This document shows positions 38,769-52,000 of a stretch of 64,000 bases of DNA, piece after piece. The notes below the pieces were generated by a model. It ran no database searches and was not told the origin of the DNA. It worked only from the letters and a program-made list of their open reading frames with translations. Numbering within the stretch: the stretch's first letter is position 1; each line of letters starts with the position of its first letter. Both the position numbers and the translations under genes were made by a program. The stretch is from Camelus ferus (taxonomy: Eukaryota), in NCBI RefSeq assembly GCF_009834535.1, contig NC_045696.1, positions 115,632,001-115,696,000 on the forward strand, read 5' to 3'.

Positions 38769-39619
38769 TAAGATCCGTGCTAAGCAGTTTACAGGAAGTA
38801 TCTTGTTTAGTTATTATTAACATCACTTAATTAAATTAATAAATATATACTTAATATTAACTATAAAAAATAGTTAAGTATTATTAACTTTACAATCTGA
38901 CTATTAACTTTATTCTTCGGATGTGAAAGCTGTAGTTCAGGAAAGTTACGTAACTTTCAAAGGTCACCCAATTGTGAGCGGTGTATGTGGAATTTCAGAC
39001 CAGGTGGGATTACACTTTAGCTCCTGATCAGGTGGGTGGCTTGCTTTCTACGCTGCACTGACTTCCAATAATAGGAAAGTTGTTACATAGACTTGGGGCC
39101 AACAGTAGATGAAAAACTAGGGAGCTAGGGAGTAAAGATTATTAATTGGGACAGAAATTGGGAAAAAGGGAAAACATTTATGACAAATGAAAACAGCAAA
39201 ATGCAAAAGAATACAAGACTTTAAGATTATAATTGTGTAAAGATAATATGAGCAAGTTAAGAGTAATTTGCAATCTGAACACATTCTTTTTTCAGTGATA
39301 AGATCATGGAAAATGTTTAAGTGTGTTTGCTGCTAACTTTTACTAGTTTTAATTTTGCTTTTGTTGGTCCTTTTATATTGAACAAGAATGAGCATGGGGA
39401 TATTTAAAGAGAGGTGAAGAAATTCACCTGGCTATCCTTCCAATGAGGACCATCATAGGACTGACTAGGAGTCTGCAAACATTTTTCAAGGCTATCCTAT
39501 AGCTTTTTCTCTGTTTTCCTTGCAACCGATCCTCAAATTTCTTCAAAATAAAAAGTGCATCCAATCCCATGGAATTAAACACGCTTTACGCAAGCCAGTT
39601 ATAACGATGTATCTCATTC

Positions 39620-40029
39620 CTCGTAGTCATCTCCTAACTTTCCCAGCTGCTCTTGTACACAGAGATGGCCACATTGTTTGATTTAACTACTTGGACATCA
39701 TAAAGAGAGAGGCTACTTGGGAAATCTAAAAAGGATTTCACTTCTTGACAAAAGGAGAACCTCTTTTCTACTTGCCTTTCTCCCTTCCTGTTTGGGATGT
39801 GATGTGGTGATATCCTGCTTGCTCGGAGCTGCAGCTGCCATTTTGTGCCCATGAGGGTAGAATTAGAGACGAACTAAAAAGACCCACATCCCTGATATAA
39901 TTTAGATGTTGTTCTCAAAATAAAAAGCATCCTCCATACTTTGTATGTAACTTAAAATTTTTCTCTTTGAAAGCCACTTTTTGTAGAGTGTTCTGTTACA
40001 TGCAGCTTAAAACTTTCCTAATGGATTCA
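39620..40029 (+). mobile_element. Old MaLR LTR (MLT1J/K-like)
   Basis: ggagctgcagctgccattttgtgcccatgaggg; ends aagccact...ttctgttacatgcagc...cctaatggattca. Confidence 0.65.
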
Positions 40030-40199
40030 AGGTCCCTTGCCCCACAAGCTGTGGTTTCCTCATGTGGAAGCTGCGTGGAGTTGAGAGACTGGGTATTAGC
40101 TTTCTCTGTGTACAAGCTTTCTGTAAATCTCTGTCAAAGCAGAGTCTCCACGTAAACCATCAGGCCACAGCCGAAAAGACTTGCTAAGCAGCAGAGTTA

Positions 40200-40740
40200 A
40201 AATCTATGAAGCAGCAGGGACTTAAAAGATCCACGAATGCCTATTTTTAAATTCTGCTTCTCTACCATGAATATATTAAAGCTGCTGAAGTCTTTCCACA
40301 GATGATATTTGGGCTGGCATTTCTGTAAGTGGAGAAGATTATCTTTTGCTTACAATTTGTCACTTCTAACCGACTGTAGATCACAGCAGCTTAGAAGCTT
40401 AACCCCTTTAAGTTAGGCTCTCTGCCAGCATTTACAAAAATCCTTTCAGCAGGCTGATAAAAATAGCAGCCGCAAAGCAATTTAGGTGTAATCCCAAACA
40501 GCTGCAGTCCGGGCCGGAACAGTGAAGGCTGTCTCCTATTTTAGTTACACACAACTCCATACACTCCTGGAAGGTCCTGACAACGTGAAAACGAGAGATC
40601 TTTCAAATAATACACGTTGACTTTCAGCTCTAAACGTTCCCGTCCAATTCCCGTCGCAATATTGGCCATCAATGTCAGTGACATTTAGTGCAATGGCGTA
40701 ATTTTGTGCCTGAATTCACTGGCACAGAATAACGGAAAAT
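40200..40740. promoter_or_regulatory. Candidate enhancer (MEF2 + E-box + GATA + bicoid-type motif cluster) in non-repetitive DNA
   Basis: MEF2 consensus ctatttttaa 40241-40250; near-MEF2 ataaaaatag 40457-40466 overlapping tgataa; taatcc 40489-40494; aacagctg E-box ending 40504; locally retained CpGs. Confidence 0.35.
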
Positions 40741-41479
40741 TTGATTTCAGTTGAATTTAGGAAGCATTTCACAATTGCCTACCAGTCCTAAGTACCCTCA
40801 AAAGCTGGACATAAATAGGATCAGTCCCTACCCTCAAATACCACACAGTCCACACAGGAGATGCAGTCTTTTTTCCTCCTATTTATCGTTTAATCACAGA
40901 CTCATAATATTACAGACCTTATCTTTTTCAGGAAACCTATGGCAACCATGCATCGGTAATTAGTCTCTGAACAGTTAGTTAACTTCTGAGGGTCTATTAA
41001 ACAAGTAAATAATCCATAGGAAGTTGGTTAATTCCCAAAGCAAAAAGTGGAGAATTTTCTGACCTGAGCCAGTGGCATATCATCTAAATTCATAACAATA
41101 ATAAAGAGGAGGCAGCTAGTTTTGTTACACTGTACAGTGTACGGGAATGTCACAAATACCTGGAAAGCCATTTTCTTTAGCCAAGTAGCTACAGGGACTT
41201 GTAATCTCTCTGCCCAATCAGAGGGAACAGTTTTTGATGCCAGCTAACTTTCTGCAAGTAGCTTTTTGCAAGCAAGGAAACGACTTCTGTTGCAGTAACT
41301 GTGTTTCGTACTGATTAGGGAAATTATTAGTTATTGACACTTTTCAGTCTCTTCTTTGAGCTGATTCTAAAGAGGCTTTCATATGTGCATGCTCTGTCTC
41401 TCTCTGCCCTCTCCACCAAAAAGGGGAAAAAGTTTCAAGTCCTTTATTTCATAAAGGTCAGTTACCATCTCCCAAGTGA

Positions 41480-41930
41480 CAGCTCTGGGTCTCTGAGAAA
41501 CTGGTGCCAAAAGGAAAATGGATGTGCAGGAATGTTTTTGGAGGTGATGCCTCTGAGGGAAAAAAAAATGAAACAAGGCAAAAGTTACCAGGGAAAGACT
41601 TCTGACCATGATTCTGGCCTCACACCTATAAATGGAGGGGGATGGAAGAAGGACAGGGTAGGAAGACCCTGAGACCCCAGTGCAGCTCTGGAAAAATCCC
41701 AGCTAGCCCACCAGGGAATCTCAATGCAAAGCTCGCCCGTAGTGGAGAAGCCAGGATGACCAGAAAGGGTGAGCCCTTGGGTCCACACCGTGCTCAGTCA
41801 CCGCTGGAGGCTGCCTTGACGGGAAATCTGAGACAGACCTTGGTGCTGGGGATTCAGCTGCCTAAACTTCTCACAACCTACCCTCTTTGGAAAGGACATG
41901 TGAACAGCTCACCTTCATGGCTGTAATAGT
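41480..41930 (-). mobile_element. ERVL LTR (LTR16A-like)
   Basis: gtgcaggaatgtttttggaggtgatgcct...cagtgcagctctggaaaaatcccagctagcccaccaggga...gtgctcagtcaccgctggagg. Confidence 0.7.
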
Positions 41931-42998
41931 GACCCAGGAATAAATTTTTTAACCTTTTTCTTTTGGATACTTGACAGCTTTCTAATAGAGCTCTATGTCC
42001 ACCTGATTTCACTTACTGTAATGTATTTCATTTAATGCAATCCTCCAAATGCTGTCTTAATGAACTGATACCATTGTTTTCTGAGATCACCTTCTAACAC
42101 AGTTTGCACCAGAGAGAGATAGTTATCTGTCATGAACCAGCTGAGGCTGCCATTTTATTTCAGGAATACACTTGGGTTCTGACCATGTGACTCAGGACTC
42201 TTGAACAATATCATCAGGACATGGTGACATTATTTACTTTTCCCCCATATCTCTCTAAGTTCTTTTATTCCCCATGTTGGTTTGAGGCTTCGCCATTCAC
42301 TTCAAGACTCATTCAAACCCTATAGCCTGAGGTAAGGAGGGAGGGTTGAGTATAAAACAGACAGCCTCAAAATAGAAAATTTTATTTATATTGAATCACA
42401 GGACAGTTTTTAAGTAGTATTCAGTAAGTTTTATCTTCTCACTACAAGAATTATTCTTTTATGATTTTTTAATCTATTTGATAAAACTGACTAGTTACAT
42501 CTCCAATTTTTTTTCTTATGATCACCTTCAGTTTTAAATCAATCAAAATAGTCAGCCTAGGAGAAATTTCAATTTCTTTAATATTCTCTTAATACAAAGC
42601 CAAAGCCTCAAGTTTAGTTTGAAATTATAAACTAAACTAAAAAAAAAAAACCCAAAAAACTGTTCTGTAACCATGTTTAAATTTAGTACTCACTGCCACA
42701 TGAAACTAAAATGATAATTAAATGTCTATTGGGAAAGGCAACTAGTATTATGCCACTTAAAGTAGAAATAATAAGGCTTATCAATTTTTATATCTCAAGA
42801 AGTGAGCTGTCAATAACTTGAGCCAAAAAGAAAATGTCTTCTGTAGGTTTGATAGCTTTATAAAAATGATCATATGAATGACATTAGAAATAACATTATA
42901 ATGACCTCCAAAAGCAAAGTTTGTGACTGTGTACAGAAATGAATCACATAGTTATGTTTATGGTTATCTTTAAACATATGCTTATGTTTAAAGGATGT

Positions 42999-43615
42999 GC
43001 ATTAGTTATCTATTGTTGCATAACAAATGACCACAAACTTAGCAACTCAAAACAATCCACATTTGTTATTTATTAGCTCACAGTTTTCATGAGTCAAGAC
43101 TCTTGGCACAGTTTAGCTGAATCTCACAGGTCTGCAATCAAGGTATTGGACGGGCTGAATTCTCATCTGGAGACTTGAGTGGGGAAGACTCTATTTCCAA
43201 GCCCATGCAGTTTATTGGCAGGATTCATTTCCTCCTTAGTTACCTCACAGAGGGCTCCGGCTTTTTGCTGGCTGTCAGCTGGAGGTTCCTCTAGGTCCTA
43301 CAGCTCTTTGTCAGCCCACAGTTCTTTGTCACACGGTCTCCCTAACAGGACTGCTTATTTCGTCAAGCCTGCAAGGACAATCTGTAGCTCTGATTTGCTA
43401 GCAAGGCAGAATCTTATGACATGATGTCATCATGGGAGTGACATCCTACCACCTTTGCTACATAACCTAAATTAATTATAAGGGTGACATCCTTTATTCA
43501 GTTGGTTTAAAACAAGTCACAGGCCACAGCCACATTCCAGTGGAGGGAAATACACAAAGCACGACCACCAGGAGATGGGGATCCCTGGGCATCATCTCCA
43601 GGTCTCTCTGCCACA
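42999..43615 (-). mobile_element. MaLR LTR (MLT1E/F-like)
   Basis: tgcattagttatctattgttgcataacaaatgaccacaaacttagc...ggcaggattcatttcct...atcatgggagtgacatcc...tctgccaca. Confidence 0.85.
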
Positions 43616-44619
43616 GAGAGTTTCCTTTTTGATTGGAGGGACATCGGAATTCAAATGAAATGAACACACCTAGACAATATAAATATTTCTTCAGTCAGTG
43701 GATAGAGTTGTAGCCCATTAAGGCTTGTTAGCTATTGAAAGTAGAGGTATTTGCTCACCTCTGAGTTGTTTTAAAAAATTCCTATTTTCAAAACTTTTTG
43801 TAGTTAATCTATAAATTATGAATGAATTGAACAGTCATGAACCCACCACCCAGTTGACAACTAAACTATTACCAAATACCAGTGAAATTCCAGTGTGTTT
43901 CTCTCATCTAATACTAGCCTCCTATATTCCCCCAGAGATAACTGTGTCTTAGTTTTATATTTGTCCTTCCATTTTTATTTATAGAGTTTTACCCCATATG
44001 TGCTATTTATGTTTGCTTATTTTTAAGCTTTACAAAAAATGTATCAAACTATATATGTACATAGAGTACATATGTATATATGTACATACATATATATACA
44101 TACAGTATGAGATTTATATATATATTTGTTTGAATTGATTTTTTTCACTCAAACTTTCCTAACCTTTTCAATCCTCAATTCTAGCTCAGTTGCTTAGACC
44201 TGGAGAAAAGCTCGTTCATGAGGATCAAGAATTGAACAAGAACATTCAGGAATCGTTTCAATAGCAAAAATCAAAATGTGTGAATTCACAAGACTCAAAA
44301 CAGAAAACAAACAAAAAGCCACCAAAAGCAACTCAAATGTCTGTTTCTCGCCTATCTTTTTAGCTTTGCTGTTTCTTTTTTTCTTTTTCTTTTTAGCGGA
44401 AGTATAGTTAGCGCTGCTGTTTCTGGTTTAGGTTTCCAACTTTTTCTTTCTTAAAACTCATCGCATGGTTACCGTAACATGATTTTAGACACAGTAATGC
44501 AGATTTCAAGATATGTCAGATTTCATTTGAATGATGGATGGACATACAAGATACAGGATCAGGAACAAAGGGGAGAATTGGCAAAAGGTAATAAAGGTAG
44601 AGTGGTAAACCGAGACTCA

Positions 44620-44790
44620 GGAGAAGTCATGGGTGCACGGTCACAGCCGGGTGATTTGGGGAAGTCCCTTGAGACTCAGTTTCCTCATCTGGAAGATGGG
44701 GATAAGGTATAAATAATACCATTCATGCCAGAATCCACAGTTATTTCGAGAATCAAATGCATTGCCACATGTGAATGAGCCCTTGAACTC
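44620..44790 (+). mobile_element. MIR SINE
   Basis: actcagtttcctcatctggaagatggggataa core. Confidence 0.7.
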
Positions 44791-45344
44791 TGTAAGTTCC
44801 GTATTAAATAATGGAATATTGCCTTCTTTGAAGAAATGTGCAATAAGAAAGGAAGTGTTCTGATGTAAATTAGGAGAAGCAAACCCAGTAGACTGGGGTT
44901 GCAAAGCAGAGAAGGAAAAGTAATTTCTGGCCGGATGGTAGGATAATAAATTCACTAATGTTTGGGGAAAAGGCCACAGCCAGAGATAAGTTACTTCACT
45001 TCAAAAGGCACACAAAGGGGAAGGCCAATTTAGTAAACTTTTCGTTGAACCAATTGTGGAAATGGAGGACTGAAAGACATAAGAGTTGTAACTATCTCTC
45101 ACAAGGGTGCGTGTGATATTGGAGAAGAAACGAGGGGTGCTAGTCATTAAGCCTTGCCCTGTGAGAACACGTCCTAGGCCCTTCCTCCCAGGAATCCATC
45201 CAGCAAGGTGATAAACATTAGCACTTGCAATAAACAAACTTCCAGATCTCAGCTTTTGAACACGGTCCAGTTCAGGTTAAGATAATCTTCCTCCCTCTTT
45301 TGGCCGTACCAGATAAACCAGATGCACTTCACCCTGCCATGGCA

Positions 45345-45830
45345 TCAGCCACAAAAAAGAATAAAATAATTCCATTTGCAGCAACATGGATGGATATAGA
45401 GTTCATCCTTCTAAGTGAACTAAGCCAGAAAGAGAAAGAAAAATACCATATGATGTCACTCACATATGCAATCTTAAAAAAAAGAAAAAAGGAAAAAAAA
45501 AAAGGACACTATGACCTCATCGGCAAAACAGAAGTAGACTCACAGACGTAGTAATCAGTCTTATGGTTACCGGGAGAAATGGGGTGGGAAGGGATAAATT
45601 TGGGAGTTTCAGATTTACAAATATTAGCCACTATATATAAAAATAGATCTTAAAGAAGTTTCTTCTGTATAGCACAGGGGACTATGGTCAGTATCTTGTA
45701 ATAACCTTCAATGAAGGAGAATATGAAAATGAATACAGGTATGTATATGCATGACTGGGACACTGTGCTGTGCACCAGAAATTGATACATTGTCACTGAC
45801 TGTACTTCAATAAGAAAAAAAAAAAAAAAA
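45345..45830 (+). mobile_element. Young camelid-type LINE-1 3' end
   Basis: ORF2 C-terminal KKNKIIPFAATWMD motif, 3' UTR, poly(A); perfect 12-bp TSD cctgccatggca (45333-45344 / 45831-45842). Confidence 0.95.
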
Positions 45831-46010
45831 CCTGCCATGGCAGCAGAAGACAAGAATAGAAGTGTCATCCTAGATTCTGACTGTGTCATCCGCCAAGTAA
45901 CACATACCAGCTTTGCTTGTGGTCTACTGCCGTATCTACACAGGGCCCCAACCTAACTGCAAACATGTCTGGGAAATGAGTAGAGAGCATACAAATATTG
46001 GGTGAACATA

Positions 46011-46410
46011 GGAAGTAAGTCAGACAGAGAAGGGCAACTATCATATGATATCACTTATTTGTGGAATCTAATAAAAAAGGATACAGATTGTATTTACAAA
46101 CCAAAAACAGACTCACAGACATAGAAAACAAGCTATGGTCACCAAAGGGGAAAGGGTGGGGAGGGATAAATTAGAAGCTGGGGATTAACAGACGCACATT
46201 ACTATGTGTAAAATAGATAAACAACAAGGACCTACTATCCAGCACAGGGAACTATGTTCAATTTCTTGTAATAACATATAATGGAAAAGAATCTGAAAAG
46301 AAAAAAAATATATGTGTCTGTATATGTGTAACTGAATCACTTTACTGGACATCTGAAACTAACATTGTAAATCAATGACACTTCAATAAAATTTTTTTAA
46401 TTAAAAAAAG
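46011..46410 (+). mobile_element. LINE-1 3' end (older artiodactyl-type subfamily)
   Basis: aagtcagacagagaag...atatcacttatttgtggaatcta...cagactcacagacatagaaaac...cattgtaaatcaa...caataaa. Confidence 0.9.
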
Positions 46411-49024
46411 ATTAAAATTTCTCTAGAATTCATACATCCTTTTGTTCCTTTCTTCACATGCAGTGCATACACTCAGACTCTCCCGCAAGGGGACAACAAA
46501 AGCCCCACATGAACCCTGCATCCTCAAAATCCGGAGTCTCTGAGAGTGAGGCGGCAGCATCTCCATCAGACTGGATGTAGAGCATCACCTTCTTGAGTCT
46601 GACGAACAGCACGGCTAATTATCTTACCCTCCACACCGACGCCTAACTAGGATAACTACAATGCAACACTCTTTTTTGTGGAAGGGGAAAAATGAGAGAC
46701 ATACAGCAGTTGCTAGAACATAACGAGTCTAAATCCCACTAGGTAGACATGATAAGGAATCCCTACTCTGGGAGCTGGGGAAGGAGTGCTTTGATTAGGT
46801 CCTGAGTCTTCTCTCAGAAAAAGTTCTTATTTGTCCATTTTCCCCTGGCTCTGCTCTCTTCCTCATCTATTTTCTTTCTCTTAATTCTATCTGACTTAAA
46901 AATTCTGAAGTTGCGGTCAGAATCTCTTCTTACTGAGTTTCTCTTCTGCCACGCTGAACAATGCTAGGCATTCAGTATAACTGCCCAAAATGAAATTAAA
47001 CAAGTAAATTTGGGGATGGAAAATTAGACAATGTATTTCCTCTTGGTGAGTCTGCTGTATATAATCATCTATGTATGTTCTCTCTCTCTATGTCCCTGTT
47101 TTCTGGCCTCTGTTTCATCACCGTCTACTTGTTTTTGTTTTGTGTCAAGGCTCTAAGCAGCTCCAATGGTCATTCCCTGAATACATGGCAAGAAAAGGTG
47201 GGAGCAGTCATGATCTCCTTGCTTAGAGCTGGGCCCAATGAGTCAGACTGAGATGATGACCATCTTGGCAATTTTGCCGTGCAGTTTCTCCATGGCATGT
47301 CACTTCTAGAGCTTGTTAAGAAAGGAGAGAGTTCAGATATGCATTTTGACATGGAATGCTAGTGGTATAAGCACTCATACTGTCTTCAGGAAGGAGAGAG
47401 AGTGTTTAATGAGTGGTCTTTGTGAATCGCTTTGTTCCAGAGTTCATGAAAATGATGCTCATGTGCTCCATCCAAAAATACCAACAGTTTAAGTTTGGGG
47501 CCTCTTAAAAGTATAACCTTAATTGGGTTTATATGGCTTTATGGCTCATAAAGGTCTTAATGGCTACTCAGGTTTGTCCATCTCCAGCTTCAGCTGAAGT
47601 TAGTAACAGAAACGCTTGCACTCAAGACTGAGAGAGACCTTAGAGATTCTCTGGTATTGCCCAAAGTTCACACATCACAGGTGTTGCTGGAGGCTAACAC
47701 TCGTTATCCACCTCTAACCTCTACGGGGTGAATCTGTGCCTTTCAAAGTTGCCTTTTTCAATAGAGAAGGAGGATGAACAGCTACAAAAGGTGCACCTTG
47801 CACCAACCCTACATTTCTCCATCTTAGACATTTCACTGGCAATGGCTGTCCAATTCTATTTACCAGGGATGCTCTCCAAGCCTCAAATTAGCCCTCAATT
47901 AGACAGACAGGAAGCTCAATCCAAGCCCCTACTAAAGAATTAATCAAAACAATTTATCCTACTCATAAGACTTTAATCGCTACCCACATATCTAGGAAAA
48001 ATTTTGTTGAACTTTAGACGCATATTCAAATAACTACCAGAGATTTTCCCACTTTGTTATTTTACAGGCAATTCAAAATTCAGCATGTCCAAGAATGAAT
48101 TGATTATCTTCCCACAAAAGTTTCTGTCACAATAAATAATACCATTATTCACCCCAACACTCAAAGTAGAAACTGAGGCATTTTATCTCATTTTTAATCC
48201 TCAGGCTTGGGGGATTCTATCAAATGAATATAATCCAAGTCTAGGATTTCCTGCAATGCATTCTGTCACATATTAATTCCAGAAAATGCTTCAGTGAAAA
48301 TTCTTTTACATATAGGAAATACGGTCACTCAGTCTCCCCAGTCAAGAGTTTACAGTGCATTTTAGCAAATCAGAGTTTATTTAAATTGGCTTAACCTAGT
48401 ATTTTTACCAAGTTATGACTTGCTCTCCAAACTTTTCTATTTAGTACATCCTAAAATCCTTCAGAGCCGACGTTCTGTGAAGTGAACCTAAGCAATGGTG
48501 CTCTAACATCTCCTGCTGCTTACTTTATTTTCCCATCACAATTTACCCATCTTGATAGAAAAACTTTCAACCTAATCTCAGGTCTGTTCTTCTCCTCAGC
48601 TCTGTGTCTTTTCACTACACTGAGAGTGGTATTTGTAAAAGACAAATCTGATTCCGTTACTTTTCTGCTTTTCACCATTCTATATCTTCACAATATTCAC
48701 AGGATGTTAATGATTAAGAAAATTTCGCTGCAAGTAACAGAATTTCAAGTAGCAGTAGTTCAAGCAATAGAGATAAGTATTTTATCACATAACAAGTTCA
48801 AAGGTAGAGAGTTTCAAGGCTGGTTAAATCAACGAAACAAGAGTACTATGAAGGATCCATACATGTTTCCAACTTTCTGTTTTGCGTGGTTTTGCAAGGA
48901 TATAGGAAAGAAAAGTCGTAGGCGCAGGGTTCATTGCTCCAGGTATCACACTCCTACACAGCGACAATCAACATCAGAGACAAGAGTATTCCCTGATTTT
49001 TCCCCTTTTTTTGTTAGTTTGTTT

Positions 49025-52000
49025 TTGTAAAAGCCATTCTAACAGGTGTAAGGGGTTATCTCGCTGCGGTTTTGATTTGAATTCCCAGAGTGATCAGGGA
49101 TGGTGAGCGTGTTTAGTATGTCTGCTGGCCATTTGCATGTCCTCTTTGGGAAAATGTCTATTTAGGTCCTTTAACATATTTTATTAGGAGTATTTATTTA
49201 CTTATTTATTGCTGCTGATTTGTAGGAGTTTCTTATATATTTTGAAATGAATCCTTTTCAGATATAGGGTTTGTAAATATTTCCTTTCATCCCATAGTTT
49301 GCCTTTTCTCTCTGTTGACTGCTTCCCTTACTGTGCAGAAGCCTTTTAGTGTGATGTAGCTCAGCTTGTCTACTTTTGCTTCTGTTGCCTGGACTTTTGG
49401 TGTTAGATTTATAAAATCATTGCCAGGACCAATATCTGAAGTTTCCCCCTTATATTTACTTCTAGGAGTTGTACAACTTTCAGTCTTACATTGAGTCTTT
49501 TCACCGTTTTGAGTTGACTTTTTTTGTATGGTGTTAGAGAGGGGTCCAATTTCCTTCTTTCTTTTTTACTTGCTTTCTTTCCCCACTACCCAGTAGATAT
49601 CCAGTTTTCCCAGCACCATTGTTAAAGAGGCCATCCTTTCCTTATTGTGTATTCTTGGGTCCCTTGTTGAACATGTGTTGACTGTATATGCGTGGGTTTA
49701 TTTCTGAGCTCTCTATTCTGTTCCGTTGATCTGTATGTCTTTTATGTGAGTAACTTACTGTTTTAATTACTGTAGTTTCACAATATATTTAAACACTTGA
49801 ATGTGTGACATTTCTAACTTTGTTTCTCCTTCTCATAATTGGGTCTTTTGTTATTTCATATGAATTTTAGGATTGTTTTGCTGAGTGCATATATATTTAT
49901 AATTGTTGTGTCTTCCTGATTAATTTATCCTTTTATGATTGTATTGTCCTTCTTTGTCTCTTGTGACAATTTTTTTAATTAAAAAATTTTTTTGGCAGGG
50001 AGATAATTAGCTTTATTTATTTATTTTTTAATCGAGGTGCTGGGGATTGAACCCCAGACCTTGTTCATTCTAAGCATGCACTCTACCACTGAGCTATACC
50101 CTCACCTCCTCTTGTGACTATTTTTGATTTAAAGTCTATGTTGTCTGATATAAGTACAATCCCTCATACTCTCCTTTGTTTACCATTTGCATAGAATATC
50201 TTTTTTCATCCCTTCACTTTCAGCCAGTGTGTGTCCTCAAATCTAAAATGAGTTGCTTGTTTTTTAATCAATTTATCCACTCTATGTCTTGTCACTGGAG
50301 AATATAAGCCATTTAATTTAAAGTAATTATTGATAGGAAAGGACGGACTTACTATTTCCACTTTGTTAATAATTTTCTGTCTGTCTTGTAACACTTGTTC
50401 CTCTTTTACAATCTTGCTTGCTTCTTTGTGTTTCACTGTTTATAGTGTTTTTTAATTTCTTTTTCTTTTGTGTTATCTTCTATAGGTATCTTGCGTGTGT
50501 GTGTGATTATTATTAGAGTTACATAAAACATCATATAATTGTAACAGCCTATTTTAAGGTTAAAATTTTAACTTTAATCACATCTACACTTTTACTTCTT
50601 CTCCCACACACTTTATGTTTTTGATGTCACAATTTACAGCATTTTATAGTGTGTTTCCATTAAAATTTTTTGTAGTTATAGTTATACTTAATACTCTTTC
50701 ACTTTGACCTTTATGCTAAAAGTAAGAATGATTTACATACAACCATTACAGTGATATAATATTCTGTACTTGTTTTATATTTACCTTTATCAAATGAATT
50801 TTCTACTTTCACATGCTTTATTTTGTTGTTTACAGTCCTTTTGTTCCAACTTGAAGGGATCCCTTTAACATTTCTTGTAAGGCAGTTCTGGTGGTGATGA
50901 ATTCCCTCAGCTTTTGTTTGCCTAGAGCATCTTTATCTCCTCTTCACTTTTAAAAGATAGTTTCACGAGGTATAGAATTTTTGGATAGCATTTTTCTTTT
51001 CTTTCAGCTCTTTGAATATATATCATCCCACCTCCTTCTGGCCTGCAAGGTTTCTGCTGAGAAATCTGTTGATAGACTTATAGGGGCTACAAGATTTGTC
51101 ACTTATTCTTGCTGCTTTAAACATTCTCTTTGTCTTTGATTCTACAAATTTTATGTGTCTCAGTATAAACTCTTTTGGATCTAACCTGTTTGGAATTTCT
51201 TGGGCTTCATCAATCAAGCTGTCTTTTTCCCTCCATAGATGTGCGTAGTTTGGGGGCTATAATTTCTCTAAATAATCTTCCTGCCCCTTTCTCTTTCTTC
51301 TCCTTCTGGGACTCCCATAATGCATATATCACTTATCTTAACACCTCCTAAATCACTTACACTTTCTTCACTTTTTTCATTCTTTTCTCTTTTCATTCCT
51401 CTGACTGAATAATTTCAAATGATTTGTCTTTGAGTTCTCTGAATTTTTCTTCTGTTTGATTGACTGTGATACTGAAGCTCTCTAATGAACTTTTCAGTTC
51501 AGTTATTTTATTCTTCACCCCAGAATTTCTTTTTCTTTATGGTTTCTATCTCTTTGTTAATGTTCTCATTTGGTACATATGTCATTTTCCTGATTTCACT
51601 TAGTTTTCTCTCTGTGTTCCGGTGTGGCTCACTGAGCTTCTTTAAGACAATTATTTTAAATTCTTTGTCAGGCAGTTCATAGATTTCTTTCAGATTGGTT
51701 ACTTTTTGTTTCTTTGATGGTATTATATTTTTTCTAATTTTTGTGCCTCCTATGGCTTGTCATTCATGTCTGTACATTTGAAGAAGCAGCTATTTTTCCT
51801 AGTCTTTAAAGAGTGCCCTTGGCAAGGAACAGCCTTCCCCATTCAGCCCAGGCAGACATTCTGAGAGTATCTCAAAATTTTTTTTATGGATATGCATGTG
51901 CTCTTCCTCCCAGGGTGAAAGTCTCAGAATTATGTACCTTTTCCTAATCCCACAGAACCATGACAGGTGCTGAGAATCATCTGGGACAAAATGCTGGGGC

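Larger units (their letters stand above)
45205..46870 (-). mobile_element. Old MLT1 LTR (~45205-46010) plus adjacent MLT1 internal sequence (~46420-46870), split by two L1 3' ends
   Basis: aacctaactgcaa...ctgggaaatg...gggtgaac LTR motifs; cactcagactctcccgcaaggggacaac and catacagcagt...aatcccactagg resemble MLT1-int. Confidence 0.5.

Noticed and set aside
38857..38877. Hairpin ttaactat-aaaaa-atagttaa
   Set aside because: 8-bp AT-rich stem in low-complexity DNA; expected by chance
45300..45551. ORFs with L1 ORF1/ORF2-like peptides (also 15376-15588, 51023-51217, 63604-63984)
   Set aside because: Fragments of degenerate or truncated L1 copies; no intact ORF1 or ORF2
48482..49030. 182-aa ORF, the longest in the window
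   Set aside because: Spans apparent L2- and MLT1-like remnants, has no recognisable domain and a non-ATG start
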